Shown: positions 7,738-17,334 of the stretch, one piece after another
How the letters are laid out: each line of letters opens with the position of its first letter
How positions within the stretch are numbered: position 1 is the first letter of the stretch
IMG/VR virus record: IMGVR_UViG_3300043567_000569
Coordinates: 1 to 46,883 of that record
Strand: one strand, 5' to 3'
DNA length: 46,883 nucleotides
Origin: a virus
Taxonomy: Duplodnaviria > Caudoviricetes
The notes under the pieces: model-generated
The model's database searches: none
The model's input: the letters and a program-made list of their open reading frames with translations, nothing else
What the model was told of the DNA's origin: nothing
Program-made: the position numbers and the translations under genes

Positions 7738-8769
7738 TTATCCAAGACCACCATGACCGTTGGAGCAGGCATTTGAAGTATCATATTGAGCAAAAGTTAA
7801 ATCACCAAAATCAATTGCATTTCCAATAGACATTATTGTTACATAATCAATTACATTAGAATTTCCTCCACCAAAAACCCCGCGAGTAGAAGAAGATGTT
7901 CCTGCATTATAAGCACGAGCAACTGTTAAATCTCCAAAATCTAATGCATTTCCTAGAGCAGCAATCGTAATGTACTCTATTACATTTAGATTTGATGGAT
8001 TATACCCTCCACCAAATAACCCACGAGTTGCATTAGAACATGCTCCGGGTGTTTGTCTAGTAGTTAATAAATCTCCAAAATCTGCAGCATTTCCTAATGT
8101 AGATATAGTTACAAAATCAATAACATTAGTTGCTGAAACTGGTGCTGAATTTCCTCCACCAAAAATACCACGAGTTGATGATGCACAAGCAGAAAATCTA
8201 AATACACTTCTAGTTAAATCTCCAAAGTCTTGTGCATTTCCTGTTGATGATATTGTGATATAATCAATTGTATTTGAACCTCCACCAGCATTTAAACTTC
8301 TAGTAGATGACGAACAAGATGCACTAGAATTAGTAGTTCTCGTTAAATCTCCAAAGTCTTGTGCATTTCCTGTTGATGATATTGTAATATAATCTATTGT
8401 ATTTTGATTTACAAAAGATGGTTGTATTTGACCACCACTAAAAAGTCCTCTTGTAGATGATGCCGATGCTGCTGGAATGGTACGTGTTTGACTTAAATCT
8501 CCAAAATCAATTGCATTCCCTGTTGTTGAAATTGTTATATATTCAATTACATTAGTCGCAGAAGGAGTATAACCTCCTGCGAACAAACCACGAGTTCCAC
8601 CAGTCTGAATGTCTGGTGAGTCTGTTGTAAGATTGACCCATTCACCAGTCGTTGTAGTGGTTCCAAATCCTACAGGACCACCACGATAATACTCTAACTT
8701 CATCGAGTCCGTGTTGAATCTGATTGCTCCTGGTAATACAACTAGTGGTGCGTTTTCGTTGATAGGCAT
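7738..8769 (-). CDS. Kelch-like six-repeat beta-propeller protein, B-half adaptor only (paralog 13)
   Basis: Six repeats; PGAIRFNTD near the start; ends SNGHGGLG. Confidence 0.85.
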   Translation of the reverse strand: MPINENAPLVVLPGAIRFNTDSMKLEYYRGGPVGFGTTTTTGEWVNLTTDSPDIQTGGTRGLFAGGYTPSATNVIEYITISTTGNAIDFGDLSQTRTIPAASASSTRGLFSGGQIQPSFVNQNTIDYITISSTGNAQDFGDLTRTTNSSASCSSSTRSLNAGGGSNTIDYITISSTGNAQDFGDLTRSVFRFSACASSTRGIFGGGNSAPVSATNVIDFVTISTLGNAADFGDLLTTRQTPGACSNATRGLFGGGYNPSNLNVIEYITIAALGNALDFGDLTVARAYNAGTSSSTRGVFGGGNSNVIDYVTIMSIGNAIDFGDLTFAQYDTSNACSNGHGGLG

Positions 8770-8770
8770 A

Positions 8771-9808
8771 TTAGTCTCCTAAACCTCCGTGAGCGTCAGA
8801 GCAACCTGCGATATCGCCCCCTTGCTGAATTAAATCTCCAAAATCAATTGCGTTTCCTGTACTCATAATAGTCACATAATCAATTGTATTTACATAAGCA
8901 CTTAATGGTGATGGATTAAAACCTCCACCAAACACACCACGAGTAGATGATGCACATCCTCCAGCAGTATATCTCAATTGTGTCAAGTCTCCAAAATCAA
9001 TTGCATCCCCAGTTGAAGCAATTGTAACATAATCAATAGTATTAACACCTGCCGCTAAAGGTGATGGATTAAAACCTCCTCCAAATACTCCTCTTATTGA
9101 ATTTGATGCTGTACCAGAACCATATCTTGGTTGAGTCGCATCTCCAAAATCAATCGAATCTCCGAGAGTGGAAATAGTTATGTATTGTATTACATTAGTT
9201 GCAGATGGAGCATCATATCCACTGGAAATAATTCCTCTAGTAGGAGATGCACATCCTTGAGAAAGTCTTTGTCTTAAATATAAGGACCCAAAATTTGATG
9301 CATTACCTAATGTTGATATTGTAATAAAGTCTATATTTGAAACTGCTAATGGTCCAGCACCAATTCCACCAGCAAAAATGCCACGAGTATTGTTTGATAA
9401 TCCTGCTAATCCATATCTTGATAGTGTTAAATCACCAAAATCAAATGTATTTCCTGTAGATGAAATTGTTATAAAGTCAATTATATTCGATGCTCCTGGA
9501 GCATATCCTCCAGCAAATACACCGCGAGTAGATGATGCACAAGCACCCGATTGATACCTATTGACAGAAGAATCTCCAAAATCCGTTGCGTTTCCTGTGC
9601 TTGAGATTGTAATAAATTCAATATTATTTCTAGATGTTGGTGTTGAATAACGAGCACCAAAAACACCTCTTCCTCTTCCACCACGATACTCTGTTGCTCC
9701 ACTAGGCATCAACATTCCTGATGTGCTACTGAATGTTGTAATGCCTGCAATGTCTGGTCCTGCGGTTCCTGCCTGATTGCTAATTTGGTCGATTTTAAAG
9801 TCAGACAT
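8771..9808 (-). CDS. Kelch-like six-repeat beta-propeller protein, A-half adaptor only (paralog 12)
   Basis: Six repeats; N-terminus ends at PSGATEYR with no RFN motif; ends SDAHGGLGD. Confidence 0.85.
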   Translation of the reverse strand: MSDFKIDQISNQAGTAGPDIAGITTFSSTSGMLMPSGATEYRGGRGRGVFGARYSTPTSRNNIEFITISSTGNATDFGDSSVNRYQSGACASSTRGVFAGGYAPGASNIIDFITISSTGNTFDFGDLTLSRYGLAGLSNNTRGIFAGGIGAGPLAVSNIDFITISTLGNASNFGSLYLRQRLSQGCASPTRGIISSGYDAPSATNVIQYITISTLGDSIDFGDATQPRYGSGTASNSIRGVFGGGFNPSPLAAGVNTIDYVTIASTGDAIDFGDLTQLRYTAGGCASSTRGVFGGGFNPSPLSAYVNTIDYVTIMSTGNAIDFGDLIQQGGDIAGCSDAHGGLGD

Positions 9809-9811
9809 TTC

Positions 9812-10810
9812 TTATAGACCTCCGTGACCGTTGGAGCAAGCACTTGGCGATTCTCTTGCAACCGTTAAATCGCCAAAATCAACCGCGTTTCCTATTGTTA
9901 ATATAGTCACATATGCGATTGTATTTGTGTATGATGGAGAAGTTCCTCCACTAAAGACACCACGAGTGCTTGAAGAACATCCAGAGCTTGAAGCAGTCGC
10001 TGTTAATAAATCTCCAAAGTCTTGTGCATTTCCTAGAGTTGCAATCGTAATAAAATCTATAGTATTTACATGTGAAGGAGTTAGACCTCCAGCAAATAAA
10101 CCTCTTAATGCATTAGAACAAGAAGAATTGTTTACTCTCCTTGTTTGAGTTAAATCTCCAAAGTCTGCAGTGTTTCCAAGTGTTGATATAGTAAAAAACT
10201 CTATTACATTAGTATGAGTTCCGCCTGGTGTTAAACTTCCTCCACCAAAAATACCACGAGTATTTGAAGAACAACCACCAGCAGCAAATTTTGCTTCAGT
10301 TAAATCTCCAAAATCTACTGCGTTTCCTGTTGCTGCAATAGTTACATAATCAATTACATTTAAAAACGTTGGATTATATCCACCGGCAAATATTCCACGA
10401 GTAGAATTTGAACATCCGCCAGGAGAAACATTTAAATTATTTAAATCTCCAAAATCTTGTGTGTTTCCTGTTGATGATATTGTTATAAATTCAATGTTAT
10501 TATATCTTGCTACTGCAGGGTCTGTTCTTCCTCCTGTGAATAAACCGCGAGTTGAAGAAGAACAAGCAGCAGTAGCATATCTTGCAGTAACTAAATCTCC
10601 AAAGTCAATTGCATTTCCTGTGGTAGATATTGTGATATAATCAATAACATTACTTATTGCACCAGTCCATCCACCACCAATTACACCGCGAGCACCACCA
10701 GTCTGTGAGTCAGGAGAAGTCGCAACAATCTCTACCCACTGATTCCCATCAAAGAGTTCCAGTTTTTGTGAGTCGCTATTAAATCGTAATGCTCCTGGTG
10801 CTGCTGCCAT
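9812..10810 (-). CDS. Kelch-like six-repeat beta-propeller protein, B-half adaptor only (paralog 11)
   Basis: Six repeats; MAAAPGALRFNSD start; ends SNGHGGL. Confidence 0.85.
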   Translation of the reverse strand: MAAAPGALRFNSDSQKLELFDGNQWVEIVATSPDSQTGGARGVIGGGWTGAISNVIDYITISTTGNAIDFGDLVTARYATAACSSSTRGLFTGGRTDPAVARYNNIEFITISSTGNTQDFGDLNNLNVSPGGCSNSTRGIFAGGYNPTFLNVIDYVTIAATGNAVDFGDLTEAKFAAGGCSSNTRGIFGGGSLTPGGTHTNVIEFFTISTLGNTADFGDLTQTRRVNNSSCSNALRGLFAGGLTPSHVNTIDFITIATLGNAQDFGDLLTATASSSGCSSSTRGVFSGGTSPSYTNTIAYVTILTIGNAVDFGDLTVARESPSACSNGHGGL

Positions 10811-10836
10811 TTATATGAGTTTCTCCATAGTGATAT

Positions 10837-11928
10837 TTATAGTCCTCCGTGAGCGTTGGAAGTTGCTGCAGCGTATCCACGAGCAACAGTCAAATCTCCA
10901 AAGTCTTGCGTATTTCCCAAAGTTGAAATTGAAACAAATTCAATTGTATTAGTGCTGTTTAGTCCTGCCCAAACACCACGAGTTGGTGAAGACATTCCTC
11001 TATTTCCGTAAGAAGCACTACTTAAATCTCCAAAATCATTTGCATTTCCAGTTGATGAAATTGTAATGTAATCAATTACATTAGTATTCGGAAAACCTCC
11101 ACCCATCAGTCCGCGAATTGATGATGAGCATCCTCCTCCACCACTACGCCTACCAACAGTTAAATCTCCAAAATCAATAGAATTACCTGTAGATTGAATT
11201 GTAATATAATTAATTGTATTATCTGCTCCAACACCTCCACCATAGAAGAGTCCTCTAGTTTTTCCTGCTAAAGAATTTGAACCATACTTACCACTCCATA
11301 AATCACCAAAGTCTTGTGCATTTCCTGTTGATGTAATAGTTACATAGTCTATTATGTTTGTATTTACACCTGGTCCTTCTCCTCCACCCCACACACCACG
11401 AGTTGCATCTGAACAACTATCAGTCTCTTGTCTAGCGAGTGTCAAATCTCCAAAGTCTATTGCGTTTCCAGTTGCTGCTATAGTGATGTAATCAATTACA
11501 TTCCTAAATGTTGGAGCGGGAGAACCTCCACCAAATAAACCTCTAGTTTGAGACCCGCAACCACCCATTCCACCACCTCTGGCAACGGTTAAATCGCCAA
11601 AGTCTGTTGCATTTCCAGTTGTTGCAATGGCAATATAATCTATTACATTAACATTAGGATTTCCACCACCATAAACGCCACGAGCACCAATTGTTATGGT
11701 TTCTTGTACAAGAACATCAGTCCATTGACTCCCATCATAATACTCCAAATGACCACTATCAGTATTAAAACGCATCATACCACCACGAAGATTGTCTGAT
11801 GGTCTTTGTGCTGTGCTTCCTCTTGGGGGCACAAGAAATGCAGTGGAAGAAAACGTAGAAATACCAGAAACTCTTGGTGCTCCGTCTTCGTTTTCGTTGG
11901 TAAGTCTTCTGATATTAAGTCTAGTCAT
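10837..11928 (-). CDS. Kelch-like six-repeat beta-propeller protein, complete adaptor (paralog 10)
   Basis: PRGSTAQRP...MRFNTD..LEYYDGSQW then six repeats; ends SNAHGGL. Confidence 0.85.
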   Translation of the reverse strand: MTRLNIRRLTNENEDGAPRVSGISTFSSTAFLVPPRGSTAQRPSDNLRGGMMRFNTDSGHLEYYDGSQWTDVLVQETITIGARGVYGGGNPNVNVIDYIAIATTGNATDFGDLTVARGGGMGGCGSQTRGLFGGGSPAPTFRNVIDYITIAATGNAIDFGDLTLARQETDSCSDATRGVWGGGEGPGVNTNIIDYVTITSTGNAQDFGDLWSGKYGSNSLAGKTRGLFYGGGVGADNTINYITIQSTGNSIDFGDLTVGRRSGGGGCSSSIRGLMGGGFPNTNVIDYITISSTGNANDFGDLSSASYGNRGMSSPTRGVWAGLNSTNTIEFVSISTLGNTQDFGDLTVARGYAAATSNAHGGL

Positions 11929-11931
11929 TTC

Positions 11932-13047
11932 TTATAAACCTCCGTGACCGTTGGAGCACGCCATAATCTGACTTCTCCCTGCTAAAAGGTCTCCAAAGTC
12001 TTGTGCATTTCCTGTTGTTAATATAGTAATATATTCAATAGTATTTACTACTCCTGGAGCAAAACCTCCTGCAAATAATCCTCTAGTAGGAGATGCACAA
12101 GATGCTGGTGCGTTGGTTAAATTTGACAAATCTCCAAAATCTTGAGAATTTCCTATTGATGCAATAGTTACAAATTCTATTGAATTTAGTAGTGTTGGAG
12201 TTCTACCACCACCAAATACACCACGAGTAGAATTAGAACTGCCAGATGACCTCTCCCTGACACTAACAGTCAAATCACCAAAGTCTAAAGAATTTCCTGT
12301 TGTGGAAATTGTAATATATTCAATTGAATTCGTTAATCCTGGAGAACCGACACCGCCAGCAATAATACCTCTAGTTGAAGAAGCGCAACTTGTATGATAA
12401 TATCTTGTGTCTAATAAATCACCAAAATCTTGAGTATTGCCTGTTGATGCAATTGTTACATAAGAAATAACATTCTGTGCTGTTGGTACTATCCCGCCAG
12501 TAAAAACTCCACGAGTAGAATTTGATAAACCAGAAAAATAAGTTGTTCCTGTAGATAAATTTCCAAATGAGATTCCGTTTCCTGTTGATGAAATAGTTAC
12601 ATATTCAATACTAGAAAGTACTGATGGATTTTGACCTCCTCCAAATACTGCTCTTGTTGATGAACTGAAATATCCAGACCTAAATCTAGAAGTAGTTAAG
12701 TCTCCAAAATCTATAGAGTTTCCTAAAGTTGAAATAGTATTGTATTCTATGGTATTGACTGGACTACTTTCATATCCCCCACCAAACAAACCACGAGCAC
12801 CACCATTTAAGTCTGGAGACTCACCAAGTATCGTTGCCCAATGGTCTCCTCTCCATACTTCCAGTCTTCCAATATCAGTATTAAACCTCAACATTCCTGG
12901 TGCAAGTCCATCACCAGAAGGTCTCTGTGCTGTGGTGCCTGATGGTGGAACAAAGTAAAATGGTGAAGTGAATGAAGACACTCCAACAATATCAGGAGCA
13001 CCACTGTTGTCTTCGTTTCTAAAACTTGATGACTTAAATTCAGACAT
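11932..13047 (-). CDS. Kelch-like six-repeat beta-propeller protein, complete adaptor (paralog 9)
   Basis: PSGTTAQRP...LRFNTD then six repeats; ends SNGHGGL. Confidence 0.85.
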   Translation of the reverse strand: MSEFKSSSFRNEDNSGAPDIVGVSSFTSPFYFVPPSGTTAQRPSGDGLAPGMLRFNTDIGRLEVWRGDHWATILGESPDLNGGARGLFGGGYESSPVNTIEYNTISTLGNSIDFGDLTTSRFRSGYFSSSTRAVFGGGQNPSVLSSIEYVTISSTGNGISFGNLSTGTTYFSGLSNSTRGVFTGGIVPTAQNVISYVTIASTGNTQDFGDLLDTRYYHTSCASSTRGIIAGGVGSPGLTNSIEYITISTTGNSLDFGDLTVSVRERSSGSSNSTRGVFGGGRTPTLLNSIEFVTIASIGNSQDFGDLSNLTNAPASCASPTRGLFAGGFAPGVVNTIEYITILTTGNAQDFGDLLAGRSQIMACSNGHGGL

Positions 13048-14201
13048 TATAGACCTCCGTGACCGTTGGAGAGACCTGCAAAATAACCACGAACAGAAAA
13101 TGTAGGTAGATCACCAAAATCAATTGCATTTCCTGTTGATGCAATAGTTACATAATCAATTGTATTATCTGCATTGGTTGGCGTTGCTGGATTATAACCA
13201 CCTGCCCATACTCCACGAGTTGGAGATGAACAAGATGCATTGCTGTTTCTTCTAACTGTTAAATCACCAAAATCCTGTGCATTTCCTGTTGAGGCAATTG
13301 TTATATAATCAATTATATTTAAAGTTCCAACAGGACTTGGATAAACTCCACCACCAAATAACCCACGAGTTGCATTTGAGCAACCAGAAACTGAATATCT
13401 TAAAGCACTTAAATCTCCAAAATATACTGCATTTCCGGTTGTTGAAATTGTAACATAATTAATTAAATTTGCACTTGGATTATTGTAACCACCGGTCCAT
13501 ATGCCTCTTGTAGAAGAAGCAAGTGAAGCAGCAAGATTTGCAGCGTTCATCAAATCTCCAAAATCAACAGAGTTTCCTGCGGATGCTATTGTTACATACT
13601 CTATATTATTTCTATAAGAATATCCTGGACCTTGACCTCCACCAAATAATCCACGAGTTGCGTTGGAGCATCCTTGAAAAAATCTATTAGTTCCTGCTGT
13701 TAATGTTCCAAAACTACTAGTATTTCCTGTGGATGAAAATGTTAAGAAATAAATTGTATCAGTCAAAACACTTGAAGAATGTCCTCCAGCAAATAAACCA
13801 CGAGTTGAAGAAGAGCAGGCAGCAAGACCTGATCTAACATCAGTTAAATCTCCAAAATCTAATGCATTTCCTAATGTTGATATGGTAATATAATCAATAG
13901 TATTGGTTCGAGTTGGAGTATAACCACCACCAAACAAACCACGATTACCTAAAGCACCATTCACTCCTAACTCATTATTAAACGCTTCCATCTCCAACCA
14001 CTGCAACCCATCAAAGTATTCCAGATGAGCACCATCAGTGTTAAAGCGAATAGAACCTGGTGGGCAATTGGATGGTCTCTCCGCTGTGGTTCCTCTTGGT
14101 GGTACGAAATAATTTACATTCGAAAAAGTTGTGATTCCCGAAACAATAGGACCACCCGTTCCCAATTCATTTGATATGCGGTTAATCCTTGCTTCAGACA
14201 T
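13047..14201 (-). CDS. Kelch-like six-repeat beta-propeller protein, complete adaptor (paralog 8)
   Basis: PRGTTAERP...IRFNTD then six repeats; ends SNGHGGL. Confidence 0.85.
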   Translation of the reverse strand: MSEARINRISNELGTGGPIVSGITTFSNVNYFVPPRGTTAERPSNCPPGSIRFNTDGAHLEYFDGLQWLEMEAFNNELGVNGALGNRGLFGGGYTPTRTNTIDYITISTLGNALDFGDLTDVRSGLAACSSSTRGLFAGGHSSSVLTDTIYFLTFSSTGNTSSFGTLTAGTNRFFQGCSNATRGLFGGGQGPGYSYRNNIEYVTIASAGNSVDFGDLMNAANLAASLASSTRGIWTGGYNNPSANLINYVTISTTGNAVYFGDLSALRYSVSGCSNATRGLFGGGVYPSPVGTLNIIDYITIASTGNAQDFGDLTVRRNSNASCSSPTRGVWAGGYNPATPTNADNTIDYVTIASTGNAIDFGDLPTFSVRGYFAGLSNGHGGL

Positions 14202-14204
14202 CTA

Positions 14205-14999
14205 TTATCTGTTCCAGAAGTCCATATTCTTATATTTATTTATGACCTCCTCACTTAATACCTCACTATAATGCCTTGAAGTCTTTTCGACTTTCTTACG
14301 AACTTCGTGCATCGTTGGAAGACCATAAACCTCCGTGTCTTTCTCACGATACTTTGCTTCGATATTCTCAAAGTCATATTCATATGGTTTCAGTCTTAAG
14401 AAAGAATGAATACCTTGCATTACTCTTTTAGGGTCACTTACCAACTCATCATACTGAATGAAGTGAATGTGTTGTGTTTGATTCTGACGAAATGCAGTCG
14501 CCAGTGCATTCATTGATTCCCATACAATACCACCAGGATTCATCATCAAGTTACACCGAGTATCATTGGTGATAAACATTCCTTGCTGTAGTAGTGCCTT
14601 ATCAATAAAAGACACCGAGCGACTGTTATTAATCAGGTCAATAAACGACACAAGAATATCCAGTGGATGCCTTACGGTGCAAATAATTTTAGGGTCTGGT
14701 GTGATATATTGTTTAATTAAATCAATATGAGCACTCCAAGCACGACACTTATCAATGACGACTGGTTCTTTCACATCATCATAATAAGTATCAATCACAT
14801 TTCCTACCATACGCTTAAAGATTTGTGGTTTTGGAAATGCTTGTGCCTGTTCTCCTTGTAGTCTGTCGTTAGTATAATACATTACCTCAAATACAGGAGA
14901 CAATGTGCCTGCGTGTATTTGAGGATTTTGATTCAACAATGCAGTCAAAAGTGTGGACCCCGAACGTGGAAGTCCACAGTCAAAATAATAAGTTTTCAT
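14205..14999 (-). CDS. Sulfotransferase family protein
   Basis: 5'-PSB loop GLPRSGSTLL..LL.QNP; KIICTVRHP...LVSF 3'-PB motif; YDELVSDP. Confidence 0.9.
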   Translation of the reverse strand: MKTYYFDCGLPRSGSTLLTALLNQNPQIHAGTLSPVFEVMYYTNDRLQGEQAQAFPKPQIFKRMVGNVIDTYYDDVKEPVVIDKCRAWSAHIDLIKQYITPDPKIICTVRHPLDILVSFIDLINNSRSVSFIDKALLQQGMFITNDTRCNLMMNPGGIVWESMNALATAFRQNQTQHIHFIQYDELVSDPKRVMQGIHSFLRLKPYEYDFENIEAKYREKDTEVYGLPTMHEVRKKVEKTSRHYSEVLSEEVINKYKNMDFWNR

Positions 15000-15006
15000 A
15001 AAGTAA

Positions 15007-15603
15007 TCAGAGTTCGTTTACTGCTTCGTATTTTGCCCAGAGTTCGTCAGTTGCTGCAGCAGGGTCAAATGGATTCTCAACTTCCGTTGTTTCGGTAAAG
15101 GTTTTTACAACAGTCTTTGTAACAACACCATCAGTATCACTTGTTGTTACGGAGTCTGTATAAGAAGTCGTAACACCAACGACATTACCAGCAGGAGCAG
15201 GGGTTACAACCTTATCAGTGGTGGTTGTGGTCAGTCCAGGACCAGTATAGTCCTCACCAGCATTCCACGCCTCCAGAGTCCCTGTAGTGGTCTCTGTGCT
15301 GACTCCTGTAACTCCAGTGGTTCTTGTGGTCCAGGTTGCTGAGATTCCAGTGATATAAGTTTCCAGTTCTTCTTTGGTCTCAATGACTTCTACACAAGAA
15401 GGACATCCATCTGGGTCAATTGGTCCACAACCCATTCCAAGAAATTGAGTTTCTTGTGGAGATAACCACTTCGGCATATAACCAGGTTTGTTGGTATTCA
15501 CACCGTAAACACCGGCAAAAGCACCTTCTTCCTTACAAAGAAACTCTGGAACTCTTCCGTCTCTGGTTAAACGATACTTAATAATAGGATGTTGTGCAGT
15601 CAT
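15007..15603 (-). CDS. Hypothetical protein with Thr-rich C-terminal half
   Basis: IIKYRLTRDGRVPEFL N-terminus; long T/V/G-rich tract; own TATAAATA promoter at 15623-15630. Confidence 0.8.
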   Translation of the reverse strand: MTAQHPIIKYRLTRDGRVPEFLCKEEGAFAGVYGVNTNKPGYMPKWLSPQETQFLGMGCGPIDPDGCPSCVEVIETKEELETYITGISATWTTRTTGVTGVSTETTTGTLEAWNAGEDYTGPGLTTTTTDKVVTPAPAGNVVGVTTSYTDSVTTSDTDGVVTKTVVKTFTETTEVENPFDPAAATDELWAKYEAVNEL

Positions 15604-15621
15604 TATCCCTATGTTTTTTAG

Positions 15622-16347
15622 TTATTTATAAGAACGAGCATAATGCCCATTGAATAGATGACTTCCAAAGTGACCTGCGCGAACCCACGGAGCAATCCAA
15701 ACCTTACCACCAATCTGACGATAAGAATGACAGAAGAAATAGTCTTCCGAAAGAAGATGCTGTTTTTCTTTATCAACTTCTACACGGAAGAAATCTTTAA
15801 TCTCTGCACCATCGGGAAGTGATGCGCCACCATTTGTATAAGTTGATGTATGAGGAGAAAGTTCCTCAAAGACATCACGGCGAATCAACATAAAAGCACC
15901 ACCACCGTGCTCAATTTCAAATGGAGTATTTTCATCTTCCATTTCAATACCAGGAAGATGATTGATATTAAATATTCCACCAGTATCGTTAATGTTTTGT
16001 TCACCTCTCAATGCTCTCTGGCGAATCTCTTCCCAATTATATCCTTTGAGAGGAACTGGTCCGATGATTAAACCTTTGTCTGCCTTAATCATCTGAACTA
16101 CATCTTCGACGCGGAACTTAATGTCTGCATCAATGAACATCAGATGAGTCGCATCAGGAAGTGAAAGAAAATGATGAGCAATCGTATTTCTTCCACGCTG
16201 AATCAGAGATTCATTGCCTAGAAAGATGGTGGTGAACTTAACACCAGACTTATTTGCTGCTTCTGAAAGATGAATAATCGATTGTGTATATTCACTCGTA
16301 CACATACCACCATACATAGGAGTTCCAATCACCAAATGCAAATTCAT
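15622..16347 (-). CDS. Putative glycosyltransferase (GT-A-like fold)
   Basis: IGTPMYGG, ESLIQRGRN, LMFIDADI (DxD), GGAFMLIRRDVFE, LSEDYFFC. Confidence 0.75.
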   Translation of the reverse strand: MNLHLVIGTPMYGGMCTSEYTQSIIHLSEAANKSGVKFTTIFLGNESLIQRGRNTIAHHFLSLPDATHLMFIDADIKFRVEDVVQMIKADKGLIIGPVPLKGYNWEEIRQRALRGEQNINDTGGIFNINHLPGIEMEDENTPFEIEHGGGAFMLIRRDVFEELSPHTSTYTNGGASLPDGAEIKDFFRVEVDKEKQHLLSEDYFFCHSYRQIGGKVWIAPWVRAGHFGSHLFNGHYARSYK

Positions 16348-16349
16348 AA

Positions 16350-17279
16350 TCAGTTCTCTTCTACTGCTTTCAGTTTAGCAAACTCTTGGTCAACTGTCGA
16401 TGGGAGTAGTGGTGGTTGTTCTGGGTGAGCAAGGGATTTCTCATCCAGAACTTTAAATCCACGACTTTCTGCAAAGCGTTCTGCACAGTCTTGGAACTTA
16501 TCAGCACACTTCTCTAACCATTCCATCGTCATTTCGTGCGATGGTGCTTGACCATTTGCAATCAGTTCGTTTTCAATCTTCAGATAGTTGAAGATTTCTG
16601 CTTGTGCGTGAGCAACATTGACTCCAATATCAAACAGATAGATAGAGTTGCCTTCGTCAATCACACCACCACGAGGACGTGCAGAGTTCAATGCTTGCTT
16701 CAGAGCAGTCATCACGTGATAACGCTTCTCTTCACGCTCATAGTCTTCTTCGGTAATATGGTCCTTACCGATGTGGTCCAGAACAGAACGATATTGAGTC
16801 ATCAGAAACGACATCTTACGAATCGCACCCTTCATTGAGTTTTCGATGTTCATATTGTTGTTCATCAACTCAATCATTTCAATCTCTAGTTCCTCACGAT
16901 CGAGATCATCCTCACAAGCATCAATCTCTCTTTGCTTCTTCTTGATTTTAATTTCGTTCTTGCGACGATTGATTTGTGCTTCTGCAAGAGCACTCTTCGT
17001 TCTTTCAATCGCTGCAAGTGTATGCTTGATGCTACGAATCGGTGTGAGATCAGTAATATCAAGCGTCACAGTCATCATCTGTGAGTGTGACTTGTAGAAA
17101 TTATCACACGCTGCTTGAGTCGCAGGAAGCGTCTCCTCAATGTGAGTGAGCATTCCTTTGTATTCCTGCGGCAGAGGACCATTTGCAAGTTGTGCTAGGT
17201 CTTTCTTTAGCGTCGTGACTGAAATCTCTGCGCCTGGTGTAATGTCTACTGAAGTAATAGCAGAACTTTTATCCGTCAT
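16350..17279 (-). CDS. Coiled-coil/helical hypothetical protein
   Basis: 309 aa, charged helical heptad region near aa 85-155; late promoter at 17307-17313. Confidence 0.8.
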   Translation of the reverse strand: MTDKSSAITSVDITPGAEISVTTLKKDLAQLANGPLPQEYKGMLTHIEETLPATQAACDNFYKSHSQMMTVTLDITDLTPIRSIKHTLAAIERTKSALAEAQINRRKNEIKIKKKQREIDACEDDLDREELEIEMIELMNNNMNIENSMKGAIRKMSFLMTQYRSVLDHIGKDHITEEDYEREEKRYHVMTALKQALNSARPRGGVIDEGNSIYLFDIGVNVAHAQAEIFNYLKIENELIANGQAPSHEMTMEWLEKCADKFQDCAERFAESRGFKVLDEKSLAHPEQPPLLPSTVDQEFAKLKAVEEN

Positions 17280-17334
17280 ATCAGTTCAATTTTATTATAA
17301 CTGTATTATTTATTATAGGATGCTTGGTCGGTTT

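Noticed and set aside
9225-9260. Sulfatase formylglycine-like motif (S-x-P-x-R; SPTRG in several blades) next to a sulfotransferase
   Set aside because: It is a variant of the structural CSSSTRG turn, most blades lack the Pro, and there is no sulfatase fold or maturase
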